From: Tubiluchus corallicola
Lineage: Eukaryota; Animalia; Priapulida
Reading direction: 5' to 3'
Assembly: GCA_030141605.1 (NCBI GenBank)
Contig: JAQGDQ010002078.1
Location: forward strand, 1 to 10,287
Length of the DNA: 10,287 nt
The notes under the pieces were generated by a model. The model was not told the origin of the DNA. It saw only the letters and a list, made by a program, of their open reading frames with translations, and searched no databases. This document shows, piece by piece, positions 1 to 8,460 of the stretch (position 1 is the first letter of the stretch; each line of letters begins with the position of its first letter). Made by a program: the position numbers and the translations under genes.

Positions 1-805
1 TATTAACTTTTTTTTAAGTATTAACTTTAAAAAATTAACTTAACGAGGTTAATTTGGCCAATCATATGACTCTGCTTTAATGATCGCAAATGCAAAATGG
101 CCTACTTAAACAGAGGTGACAATGAAATTTATAACTATATTGAAGCCCGAGTTGTCAGGTGAAAATGATTCAAGGTTAACATGCATGTAAAAATTACAGC
201 ATGAGCACTTCTAAGTACGTTTGCGCAGATTGTAGGAATGGCCAGTTAGCAATAGTTGAAGTCCAGCCGCAGAGTTGAACACTCATCTACAGGAATCAGT
301 GACAACTATCAGGATTATGTGGTAACCGAGCACACTCATAGGAATTCACATTCAGGCAAAATGTTTTCTTTTCTGGTCAATCTTTATAAACCTTAATAAA
401 CGATCTTCAGGGTCCAAATTAATTCAAATGTGGTCTAACAAACAGTTGAAAAAATGTAAAAAGTGGATAAAAGGATGCGAACGACCATGTGATTAGTTAA
501 AATTAGAAAAAATACGTCGCAGGTATGATGTGTTCGTATATTCAAAGGCAAAAGAGACTCGTAAATATATTTTGTCGCACATTTATTATAAAGCAAGGCT
601 AACTGGCTTAGTTTCTTTATTATACTTATGTCTCTACATTTTGTGGTGCTTTGAAACTTCTTCTCTACATTCTGTTTAAATTAAAAAGTCAAATATTAAG
701 ATTTTTTTCTCGTTAAGCAGTGGCTACTTCAGTTTGAGTTTAGTTTTTGAGATTCTTCAAAGTTTGTTTGTTGATGATGTTACTAACACGGATGAGTCTA
801 ATTGC

Positions 806-943
806 TGTGGTTTGTGTTACAAGTTGATTACTAATTACCGAATTATTATCCAATGTTCTTATTGCAATTCATATTACCATCGCAGATGTGTATCTATACC
901 AACCTATATTAATAATAATGATCCATTCATGTGCCCGGTGTGT
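806..943 (+). other. PHD-type (C4HC3) zinc finger coding segment
   Basis: CGLC-x12-CSYC-x4-HRRC-x14-CPVC fits the PHD ligand spacing. Confidence 0.85.
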
Positions 944-1177
944 TATGACAATGTCTTTCCTTTCTCTAAATTAGATGACTCTGATTTACGTAAATTATTA
1001 TATCATACTAAATTTGAAGATTTTAGCGATCAACCAGATATTTTAAATAGTCAATGTTTTACCTTAAATAACAACGATCAGCATGATCCTGACACTATAA
1101 TACCGTCTATTACCTCACAATATTTTTCTCCTGATGAGTTTCATTTATGCATTGATAGTAACTCATCTGATTTAACT

Positions 1178-1824
1178 ATGATGCACATGAACGTTGTCAG
1201 TCTAAATGAAGAAAAAATTGAACTTATTCACGTATTACTTTCTCCTTTAAGAAACTCTATTAAAATATTAGGCATTTCTGAGACACGACTGAGCAACGTT
1301 TCTGTATCAAATTATGACCTTCCAGGTTATTTTGATCTCCTAAGACATGACTCCAGTTTGAAAACACATATCGGTGGTGTGGGTTTATATATCCATTCTT
1401 CATTGACGTACTTTGATAGATCAGATCTTAAGCTTAATGTTAATAACTGCGAAAATTTATGGATAGAATTGGACTCAAAACAACATGTTGGAGTTGTAGT
1501 TGGGCTAATTTACCGACATCCAGGCATACTTTGGATTCCTTAAAGCATTTCAAATCTGAACTTGAAAGCACAATCAAAATTGTAAATGCGGAACACAAAA
1601 AATTATTTATTATGGGTGATCTAAACATTGATCTTCTGAAATGTGATAGTCATAATTTTACAGCTCAACATATTGATATGTTATTTTCGTAGTTTTGTTA
1701 CCCTTTAATTACAAGACCAACCAGAGTCAAATCAAAAACTTTAATTGATCACATCTATAGTAATTGCATAAACACTGAAATTAATTCTGGTATATGCCTT
1801 TATAATATTAGTGATCATTTGCCA
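1178..1824 (+). other. APE-like (EEP family) endonuclease domain of LINE A
   Basis: Motifs HMNVVSL, GISETRL, GGVGLYI, ENLWIE, IYRHP, GDLNID, PTR, TLIDHIY and SDHLP occur in canonical order across the two lesions. Confidence 0.92.
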
Positions 1825-4029
1825 ATTTTTGCAACAGTAAAAAATATTAGCGTAACTAGAGATAAAAATTACAAAATTCATAAACGTAATTTCAAAAATT
1901 TTAATAAACAAAAGTTTATAGATGACTTAGAAACTAGTTTCTTAAATTTTGAACAATATCTTACCTGTAATAGTCCCACAGAATATTATAATTATTTTTT
2001 AAATACATTAATTTCTACTATAGATAAACATGCACCATTAAGAATGCTTTCAAAAAAAGAATGCAAATTATTAGAAAAACCTTGGATTACCAGAGGAATA
2101 CTTGTTAGTGTTAGGAAAAAACAAAAAATGTATGTAACATTATTTAAATCTAATGATGTGAATAAGCAAAATAAATATAAAACATATGCCAATATCCTGA
2201 ATAAATTAAAAAATAAAAGCAAAGAACTATATTATATTAAGAAATTTCAGTCAGCTAATAAAGATATTAAATCAATGTGGAAAATAGTCAATGAACTAGT
2301 AAAACTAAAAGCCCAAAAGAATTGTCCTACTAAATTAGTTATTAATAATGAGCAAATAACCCAACCCCAGTTAATGGCTGATAAATTTAATAAGTTTTTT
2401 GTTGAAGTTGGATCAACATTGGCACAAAATATTCCAAATGTCAATAAGCATCATCTTTCGTATTTAACTGGTAATCTCGCTAATGAATTTAGATTTGAAC
2501 CTACTAATGAAGTAGAAGTGCTTTCATTATTAACAGGACTTAAGGGTAACAAAGCCCCTGGTGCAGATGGTGTCAGTAATTTTTTTGTTAAAATTGCTAG
2601 TTCCGTCATTTCCAAGCCATTAACTTTTATAATTAATCAATCATTTAATACTGGTATTTTTCCTGAACAGCTTAAACTCACTAAAGTAATTCCTGTTTAT
2701 AAATCAAATAGTAAAACTAAGTTATCTAATTATCGACCAATTTCACTGTTAAGTGTTTTTTCTAAAATACTTGAAAAAATCGCATTTAATCAACTGTCCT
2801 CTTTTCTTTTACAAAACAAAGTTTTATATGACTATCAATTCGGTTTTCGAAAGTCGCATTCAACAGCATTAGCATTAATTGAAATAACTAATAAAATTGC
2901 AGAGGCACTTGATAATGATCAGTATGTCTGTGGTCTGTTTATAGATTTATCAAAGGCATTTGATACGGTAAATCATTGTATTCTTCTAGACAAATTGCAT
3001 TATTATGGTATAAGACATTCAGCTCAATCATGGTTCAAAAGTTATCTTTGTGATCGTCTCCAGTATGTCGAACTAAATGGATGTAAATCCAATACACTTC
3101 CAATTAAGCATGGTGTTCCCCAAGGTTCTACTCTAGGACCACTTTTATTTCTTCTATATATAAATGAAATGCCACTAAGTTGCACAAATTTAATCTTCAG
3201 ACTTTTTGCAGATGACACAAATATTTTTTTAAGTGATTCAAATGTAGATAACTTGGAGAGTGTTATGAATACCCAGTTAAATAAAGTAACAGAATGGTTG
3301 AATGTCAATAAGCTCTCATTGAATATTAATAAATCTAACTTCATGCTTCTAAAAAAGAAAAGGAGAACACCATCAAGAAATATAACCATAGTTCTTAGTA
3401 ATGTTATTGTTGAAAAAAAGTCACATGTTAAATATTTGGGAATATTTCTTGATGAGCACTTAGACTGGAAGTACCAAATAAGTATAATAAAGCATAAATT
3501 GAGTAAAACCTTGGGAATCATCTATAAATTACGCAAGTTTGTTAATAGAGAAACATTGATGAAAATCTATTACAGTTTAGTCTACCCATATCTAATATAT
3601 GGCGTCATGTCTTGGGGTGATGTATATAAAAGTAATCTGGAAGCTTTACAAATTACCCAGAACAAAATTCTCAAACTAATATATCATGTAAGATATGACC
3701 ATCCCACAAATATAATTTATTTGTCTGTTAAAACTCTTAAAGTGAAAGAAATATATGACATGTATTGTCTTCATTTCATGTATCAGTATCATAATTCACT
3801 ACGTCCACCAGCTTTTCAGTCATACTTTAGTCCAGTTCCTTTTGATCATTACACAAGATATTCAGTCGAAAACTATGTACTCCCCCTTCCAAAAACAAAT
3901 ATAATGAAACAGTCATCTAAATATAATGCTATTAAAATATGGTCATCAATTCCGCATGAAATGAAAACTCTTAATCTTTATCAATTTAAAAAAGCATCAA
4001 AGAATTACCTACTGCAACGGTATAATTAA
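1819..4029 (+). CDS. Uninterrupted linker + reverse transcriptase portion of LINE A (not an independent gene; the TTG start is the Leu of SDHLP)
   Basis: KPWIT, KAPGADG, NYRPISLL, QFGFR, DLSKAFDTV, GVPQGSTLGPLLF, FADD (3205-3216), KYLG. Confidence 0.93.
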   Translation: MPIFATVKNISVTRDKNYKIHKRNFKNFNKQKFIDDLETSFLNFEQYLTCNSPTEYYNYFLNTLISTIDKHAPLRMLSKKECKLLEKPWITRGILVSVRKKQKMYVTLFKSNDVNKQNKYKTYANILNKLKNKSKELYYIKKFQSANKDIKSMWKIVNELVKLKAQKNCPTKLVINNEQITQPQLMADKFNKFFVEVGSTLAQNIPNVNKHHLSYLTGNLANEFRFEPTNEVEVLSLLTGLKGNKAPGADGVSNFFVKIASSVISKPLTFIINQSFNTGIFPEQLKLTKVIPVYKSNSKTKLSNYRPISLLSVFSKILEKIAFNQLSSFLLQNKVLYDYQFGFRKSHSTALALIEITNKIAEALDNDQYVCGLFIDLSKAFDTVNHCILLDKLHYYGIRHSAQSWFKSYLCDRLQYVELNGCKSNTLPIKHGVPQGSTLGPLLFLLYINEMPLSCTNLIFRLFADDTNIFLSDSNVDNLESVMNTQLNKVTEWLNVNKLSLNINKSNFMLLKKKRRTPSRNITIVLSNVIVEKKSHVKYLGIFLDEHLDWKYQISIIKHKLSKTLGIIYKLRKFVNRETLMKIYYSLVYPYLIYGVMSWGDVYKSNLEALQITQNKILKLIYHVRYDHPTNIIYLSVKTLKVKEIYDMYCLHFMYQYHNSLRPPAFQSYFSPVPFDHYTRYSVENYVLPLPKTNIMKQSSKYNAIKIWSSIPHEMKTLNLYQFKKASKNYLLQRYN

Positions 4030-4140
4030 CTCGCAATTTTACTCATCCTGATTTTAAGTTACTAACAAAACTTATTTTGTTCTAATGTATGCTATAACTG
4101 ATGAAAATGTAATGTTAATTGTCAATTGCTTCACTTATCT

Positions 4141-4252
4141 GGAGGAGGACTCGAAAGCTCAATGCTCCTTCCCCCTCCTCACAGTAACTCGCATAGTTTA
4201 TTTATTTTTTTCAATGTTATATCAATTTATATGTATATTTGAGTTGCTGTGG
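4141..4252 (+). promoter_or_regulatory. Structured 3' UTR element of LINE A (putative RT recognition site)
   Basis: GAGGAGG (4142-4148) is complementary to CCTCCTC (4174-4180). CACAGTAACTC (4180-4190) pairs with GAGTTGCTGTG (4241-4251) with one G:U. The function is inferred from known CR1/L2 3' stem-loops. Confidence 0.6.
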
Positions 4253-4291
4253 AATAAATAAATTCAATTCAAAATAAATAAATTCAATTCA
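4253..4291 (+). repeat. LINE A 3' tail: 19-bp unit AATAAATAAATTCAATTCA twice (period 20)
   Basis: Exact copies at 4253-4271 and 4273-4291. Short tandem-repeat tails are typical of CR1/L2-group elements. Confidence 0.85.
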
Positions 4292-5743
4292 TTTCCCTGT
4301 ATTCCGTATTGCAGATGTAGGTGGCGTCACAGACGCGTTTTTAATAAAGTAAATAAAGATAAATTCAAAAGAATGTTACAAAGTATTGCGTGGAACGATA
4401 TTTTAGACTCTAATAATGTCCAGACTGATTACAGGTCATTTCAAGTTAATTTGCTAAAATGTTATGAAGCGTGTTTTCCCCTAAAACCTTGTAAAACTCG
4501 TAATGTAGGCAAACCCCTTCATTACTCCTGGTTTGTTAACAAGCGTTAAAAGAAAAAAAATATATTATGTTTAAAGAATACCTAAAATGTCCTTCTCAAA
4601 ATTTATTGAAGGAATACAAGCAATATAAAAACAAATTAACAAATTTAATAAGGCTGTCCGAACAAAAGTTTTACCAAGCCAAAATTCAAGAAAACAAGGG
4701 CAACATATCTAAATCATGGCAACTGTTAAGTCAGATAATCAATAACAGTATGTCTACGGGCAATAGCCAATTTAACTTCCTACATAATGGCATTGAAATT
4801 AGTGACCCAAATGAGTTAGTGAATAAATTCAATAGTTTTTTTTGTAAATGTTTGGCGCAATATTGCAAACTCCCTCCCGTACACCAATTTGCAAAAAAGG
4901 TAATGTGATTATTTAACAACCCCGTGTGATGAATCTATATTCATTGAGCCTGCTACTACCCATGAAGTGGAAAAACTAATTATGTCATTAAAATCTAATG
5001 TTAGTCCTATTTATGACAGCGTAACTGCTGATGTTATAAAGTCCGTATGTAAGGAAATCGTGGAACCACTTATCAACCTTTTTAATTTATCTTTTTTGAC
5101 AGGTGTCGTACCTAAGGAACTAAAAATAGGTAAAGTAAAACCAGTTTATAAAAACCAAGAACGTAACCTATTTGTTACATACCTATCACTTTCAGTTTTG
5201 CCAATACTGTTTAAGATCATGTAGAAGCTAAAGTATAGACGCTTGATAAACTTCATAAATAAACATAACATATTGTATGAATGCCAGTTTGGCTTCCGCG
5301 AAAATCGTTCTACTGCTTGTGCACTGATGAATAAAATTATTAATTGGATTGAAAATAAAGAATATATATTAGGATAGGTCTTACTAAGGTATTTGACACT
5401 GTCGACCACGAAATTTTGCTAGAAAAGTTGACCTTTTATGGGATTAGAGGAATAGGCTACAAATGGCTTGAAAGTTATTTAACTGATAACTGAAAACTAT
5501 TTGTTTACTATAATAACCGCACTTCTGAAAAACTAGACTTGCATGTGGTGTCCAACAGGGCTCCATTTCGGGACCACTACATAGTATTGCTACGACTACT
5601 ATGCTACTTTTAGCAGTAATTTTAATTTCTGTACATTGTCAATATGTTTTACGGTGTTTTCAGTGGACATAGAAGTCTCTTGACTTCAGTTCATAAATGT
5701 ATTATAAATATATAAATAAATAAAAAATAAAATAAAAATAAAA
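4290..5743 (+). mobile_element. Decayed, 5'-truncated and internally deleted CR1-group LINE (LINE B), a different family from LINE A
   Basis: Frameshifted remnants: HFPVF (4290-4304), RRVFNKVNKDKF...IAWNDI...CFPLK, YKQYKNKLTNLIR...SWQLL, LFNLSFLTGVVPKELKIGKVKPVYK, QFGFRENRST, KVFDTVDHEILLEKL, CGVQQGSISGPL (5544-5579). These are followed by a short 3' UTR with a hairpin and an A-rich AATAAA tail (~5705-5743). Confidence 0.88.
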
Positions 5744-5744
5744 T

Positions 5745-5965
5745 GAAAGCAGCAACTACACAGGGGTCTACATAAAAACAGAGTTAGCACTTTTTGATCT
5801 CTTTCTGTAGTTTCTTTAATCAAAAGAAGCTTACTACACAGAATTAAAAAGCAATATCCTCACAGGGGTCTACACAAAAACAGAGTTAACTCTTACTACT
5901 CTCTTTCTGTAGTTTCTTTAATCAAAGGCACCTTACTATGCAGAAATAAAAAGCAGTAACCTGAC
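5745..5965. repeat. Imperfect tandem duplication, period ~102 bp (about 2.2 copies)
   Basis: CACAGGGGTCTACA at 5759 and 5861. The blocks AAAAACAGAGTTA and CTCTTTCTGTAGTTTCTTTAATCAAA are shared by both copies. Confidence 0.88.
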
Positions 5966-6006
5966 AGCTACAAAAGGCTCCAGTTAATTACTGCTTTCTA
6001 TTTCTG
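5941..6006. repeat. 19-bp inverted repeat with 28-bp spacer
   Basis: CAGAAATAAAAAGCAGTAA (5941-5959) versus the reverse complement of TTACTGCTTTCTATTTCTG (5988-6006): 18/19 identical. Confidence 0.8.
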
Positions 6007-6486
6007 TATCCCTTCACTCAGTGCGCAGTTACTGCTTGCATACGCGCTGTATTATCTTAGCAAATCAATACAAAGTTTTACATGTCACATGACTATGAAC
6101 AATGGGATTAGAGAAAAATTAGCAGCTCTTGCTGTTGTCCAATGTCAGAGGAGGAGCAACAAGTTTTTGTATATGAGAAAGAACTTAAAGAATTTGAGTT
6201 TTTCAAAAGAGTACACAACTTAAGCTTTCTAAAAAGCTGAGGGAGTATCTAGTTGGCATTGAGTCGGCAAAACAAAAAGAAATAATAAAAAATGTGCCCG
6301 TTAATGCCTTTGAATCGTTGGGCATTTTGGTACAACCTGTAATTGCTTGATAACATTCTTGATGGTAAAAAGCCATAATACATCAAACTTTAACTTGAAT
6401 TATGTGTAAAAGAACATTCTTTCAGTATAACACACAGAAGTCCTTAAAGAAAATCTATTTAAGCAGATGCTGGCATCTACAGTAAA

Positions 6487-7047
6487 TGTGGTAACTAAAT
6501 TATACGGTTAATTTGTTACAGGAGTAAACCTTGTAATCCTGTTTATCTGTTATCCTGTTTGGCGACCGCACACCATATTCACGAATGTTTAGCGTTTATG
6601 CAGTATTCAAAGAACCACCAGCTACCAGTTTGGGTGACTTCTACATTAAATCCCAATGTAGATCAAAAGTTATAAGACTTCCTACCTAGCATGGATTAAA
6701 AGGTAAATGCCAAAATTCCCAAACTGAAATGCTTTCTTCTTTCTGGAGCAGTTTCAACTTGGAACATCAACAATTACGCTTTGAAATTAACTTTATGCCG
6801 TTTTGAGTTTCCAGGTGATTACTGCAGTTGGTTGACTAGCAAGAAACACGATGTCACTTTCGCGACGAAAGTAAAACAAAAACGAGAGCTTTTTCTTCTG
6901 CATTTTTTTTTGTTCAATATTAACTCAACAAATAACTTCCTATTTTAACTAGGTTAACTCCTCGAACCAGTTCCTACAGCTATACGTAAATTAATTCACA
7001 TTGGCTTCTTTACAGCGGGTGAATCGTGAAGCCTAAACTTCACCACA
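6487..7047 (-). repeat. Candidate 3' LTR of the BEL/Pao element (561 bp)
   Basis: On - it starts TGTGGT at 7047, immediately after GGGGGAG, and ends ACCACA at 6487 (6-bp inverted termini). The partner LTR is outside the window, so the 6487 end is inferred. Confidence 0.65.
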
Positions 7048-7054
7048 CTCCCCC
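7048..7054 (-). promoter_or_regulatory. Polypurine tract (plus-strand primer site)
   Basis: GGGGGAG directly abuts TGT on -, about 135 bp downstream of the integrase stop. Confidence 0.7.
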
Positions 7055-7187
7055 AGAAAAAAGACAAGAACAATTATTATCAAGTTACAATACACAAACT
7101 ATTCAAGTTCGAATTATTACTGCTAAACATATAGTAATGAAAATCTTATTATACATTTGCACAATCACATCAAACGTTTTGACAAAT

Positions 7188-8460
7188 TTATAAACGTGTT
7201 GCATGTTGTTTAATTTTTGCACAAGCATCTAATGCAGCAGCACGTTTGGGTAAAATTTTGTGCGAGGGTTCAATGTGCTGATGCTGTGCAGGACAAGTGC
7301 CTTTTTCACCTGCACTTGCATCAACTGACCTAGGACACTCAACAGGAAACAATTGACTCAAAGAACGAGTCAGAATATTACCATTACTAGTACGAACTTT
7401 AGCAGCTCTGATTTTACTGTCCTTACTAATAATGAGATTAACAACTTTCCCCACTTTCCACTGACCACGGGGAAGTGAATCTTCAATCAATACTACATCG
7501 CCTACATGAGGCTCAAATTTCGACTTAACGCGTTTTTGGCGTACTTGGCGCTCCGTTCTTTCTTGGAGGCTTAGCAAATATTCATTGCGCCAAATTTTCC
7601 AAAAAGAATCTAAATAACCAACACCTTTCTTCCACATTTCGAAAAGACGTTCGCCAGAAAGATTGTACCTGTTGGGAGTGTAATCGGGATCTGATTCGGA
7701 TTTACTGTACACTGGCGCATAATTTAAAGTGCGCATGCTCAAGAAATGACTTGGAGTTAAAACCAAGCTGAAATCTATGTCTGACTCAATGTACGTAATA
7801 GGACTGTTGTTGATTAAACTTTCAATTTCCACAGCAAAGTACTCAACTGACACTGATAAAGAGCCCTACTACCAATTGTTTTGCGTAGAGAGCGTTTAAT
7901 AAGGCTCATTAAACGCTCGTAAACCGCGCCCATCCAAGGCGAAAGCTGAATGATAAAATGCCAATTTATACCAGTTTGTGCTATGTATTGTTGCACAGAA
8001 CAAGAATTGAAAACCCTTTGAAAAATCAAATCCAACGTCTGCTTAGCAAGATATTATCTGATATTATAGTTTCGGGTACACCTCGGCGACCTATAAAACG
8101 TCTCAGACACATAATAAACGTTTCAGTAGACAAGTCCGTGACGAGTTCTAAATGTACCGCTCTCACTGCTAAACAGGTGAATAGGCACACATACGCTTTA
8201 TTGTAAAATGGTTCACAACTCCCAGGTATACAATATTTGACTGCAAGGGGGCCCATGTAATCGAGGCCTACATGTGTAAAGGGTTAGTTTCTTGGACTCT
8301 ATACGGAGGTAATTCTGGCATTGGCGGTAACTTATAGGCTCCACCTTCCATTTTCCGACAAGTACGGCACTTATTTAAAGTTTTCTTGACCAGTTCCCTC
8401 CCAGAAGGAACCCAAAACTCTTTACGTAATAATACTAAGATCTGCGATACGCCAACATAT
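7188..8460 (-). pseudogene. BEL/Pao integrase (partial zinc finger, DDE core, C-terminal domain), frameshifted
   Basis: VGVSQILVLLRKEFWVPSGRELVKKTLNKCRTC...[65 protein letters not shown]. Frameshifts lie near 8280, 8050 and 7830. Confidence 0.92.

Larger units (their letters stand above)
734..4029 (+). pseudogene. LINE A ORF2-type polyprotein (PHD-APE-RT) with one frameshift and one premature stop
   Basis: ORF 734..1543 reads to YRHPG, then a 1-nt loss near 1523-1526 moves coding into the frame of ORF 1459..1692 (IMGDLNIDLL). After TAG 1690-1692 the same frame continues FCYPLITRPTRVKSKTLIDHIYSN...ISDHLPIF directly into ORF 1819..4029. Confidence 0.92.
680..4291 (+). mobile_element. Non-LTR retrotransposon, CR1 group (CR1/L2/Crack-like), near full length (LINE A); 5' boundary uncertain
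   Basis: Ordered PHD, APE and RT domains, stop at 4027-4029, a ~220-bp 3' UTR with stem-loops, and an AATAAA/(AATTC)n tail ending ~4291. The frame is open from 680. No target-site duplication was identified. Confidence 0.92.

Noticed and set aside
1-55. Repeated ATTAACTT words
   Set aside because: Short AT-rich low-complexity sequence cut by the window edge, so no assignable structure.
201-400. Short Cys-containing peptides on both strands (e.g. YVCADCRNG) and a GISDNY motif resembling an APE end
   Set aside because: Frames are short and stop-interrupted, with no other supporting motifs.
521-720. Possible intron (AG|GTATG ... TTTTTTTCTCGTTAAGCAG) supplying a start for the PHD frame
   Set aside because: The joined upstream frame meets TAG at 494-496 with no ATG, and such sites are common by chance.
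700-805. 2A-like ribosome-skipping peptide, known upstream of APE in some CR1/L2 elements
   Set aside because: No D(V/I)ExNPGP motif is present in the frame.
1440-3521. Minus-strand ORFs 1440..1628, 1992..2222, 2247..2444, 3042..3521
   Set aside because: Antisense shadows of the LINE A coding frame with no recognisable motifs.
4731-5409. Minus-strand ORFs 4731..4919 and 5146..5409
   Set aside because: Antisense shadows of LINE B.
5745-5965. CRISPR-like repeat/spacer array
   Set aside because: Only two units, variable parts far shorter than spacers, no cas genes, and a eukaryotic retroelement context.
6465-6478. Palindrome AGATGC-TG-GCATCT as a Helitron 3' hairpin
   Set aside because: No downstream CTRR terminus, and a 6-bp stem is expected by chance.
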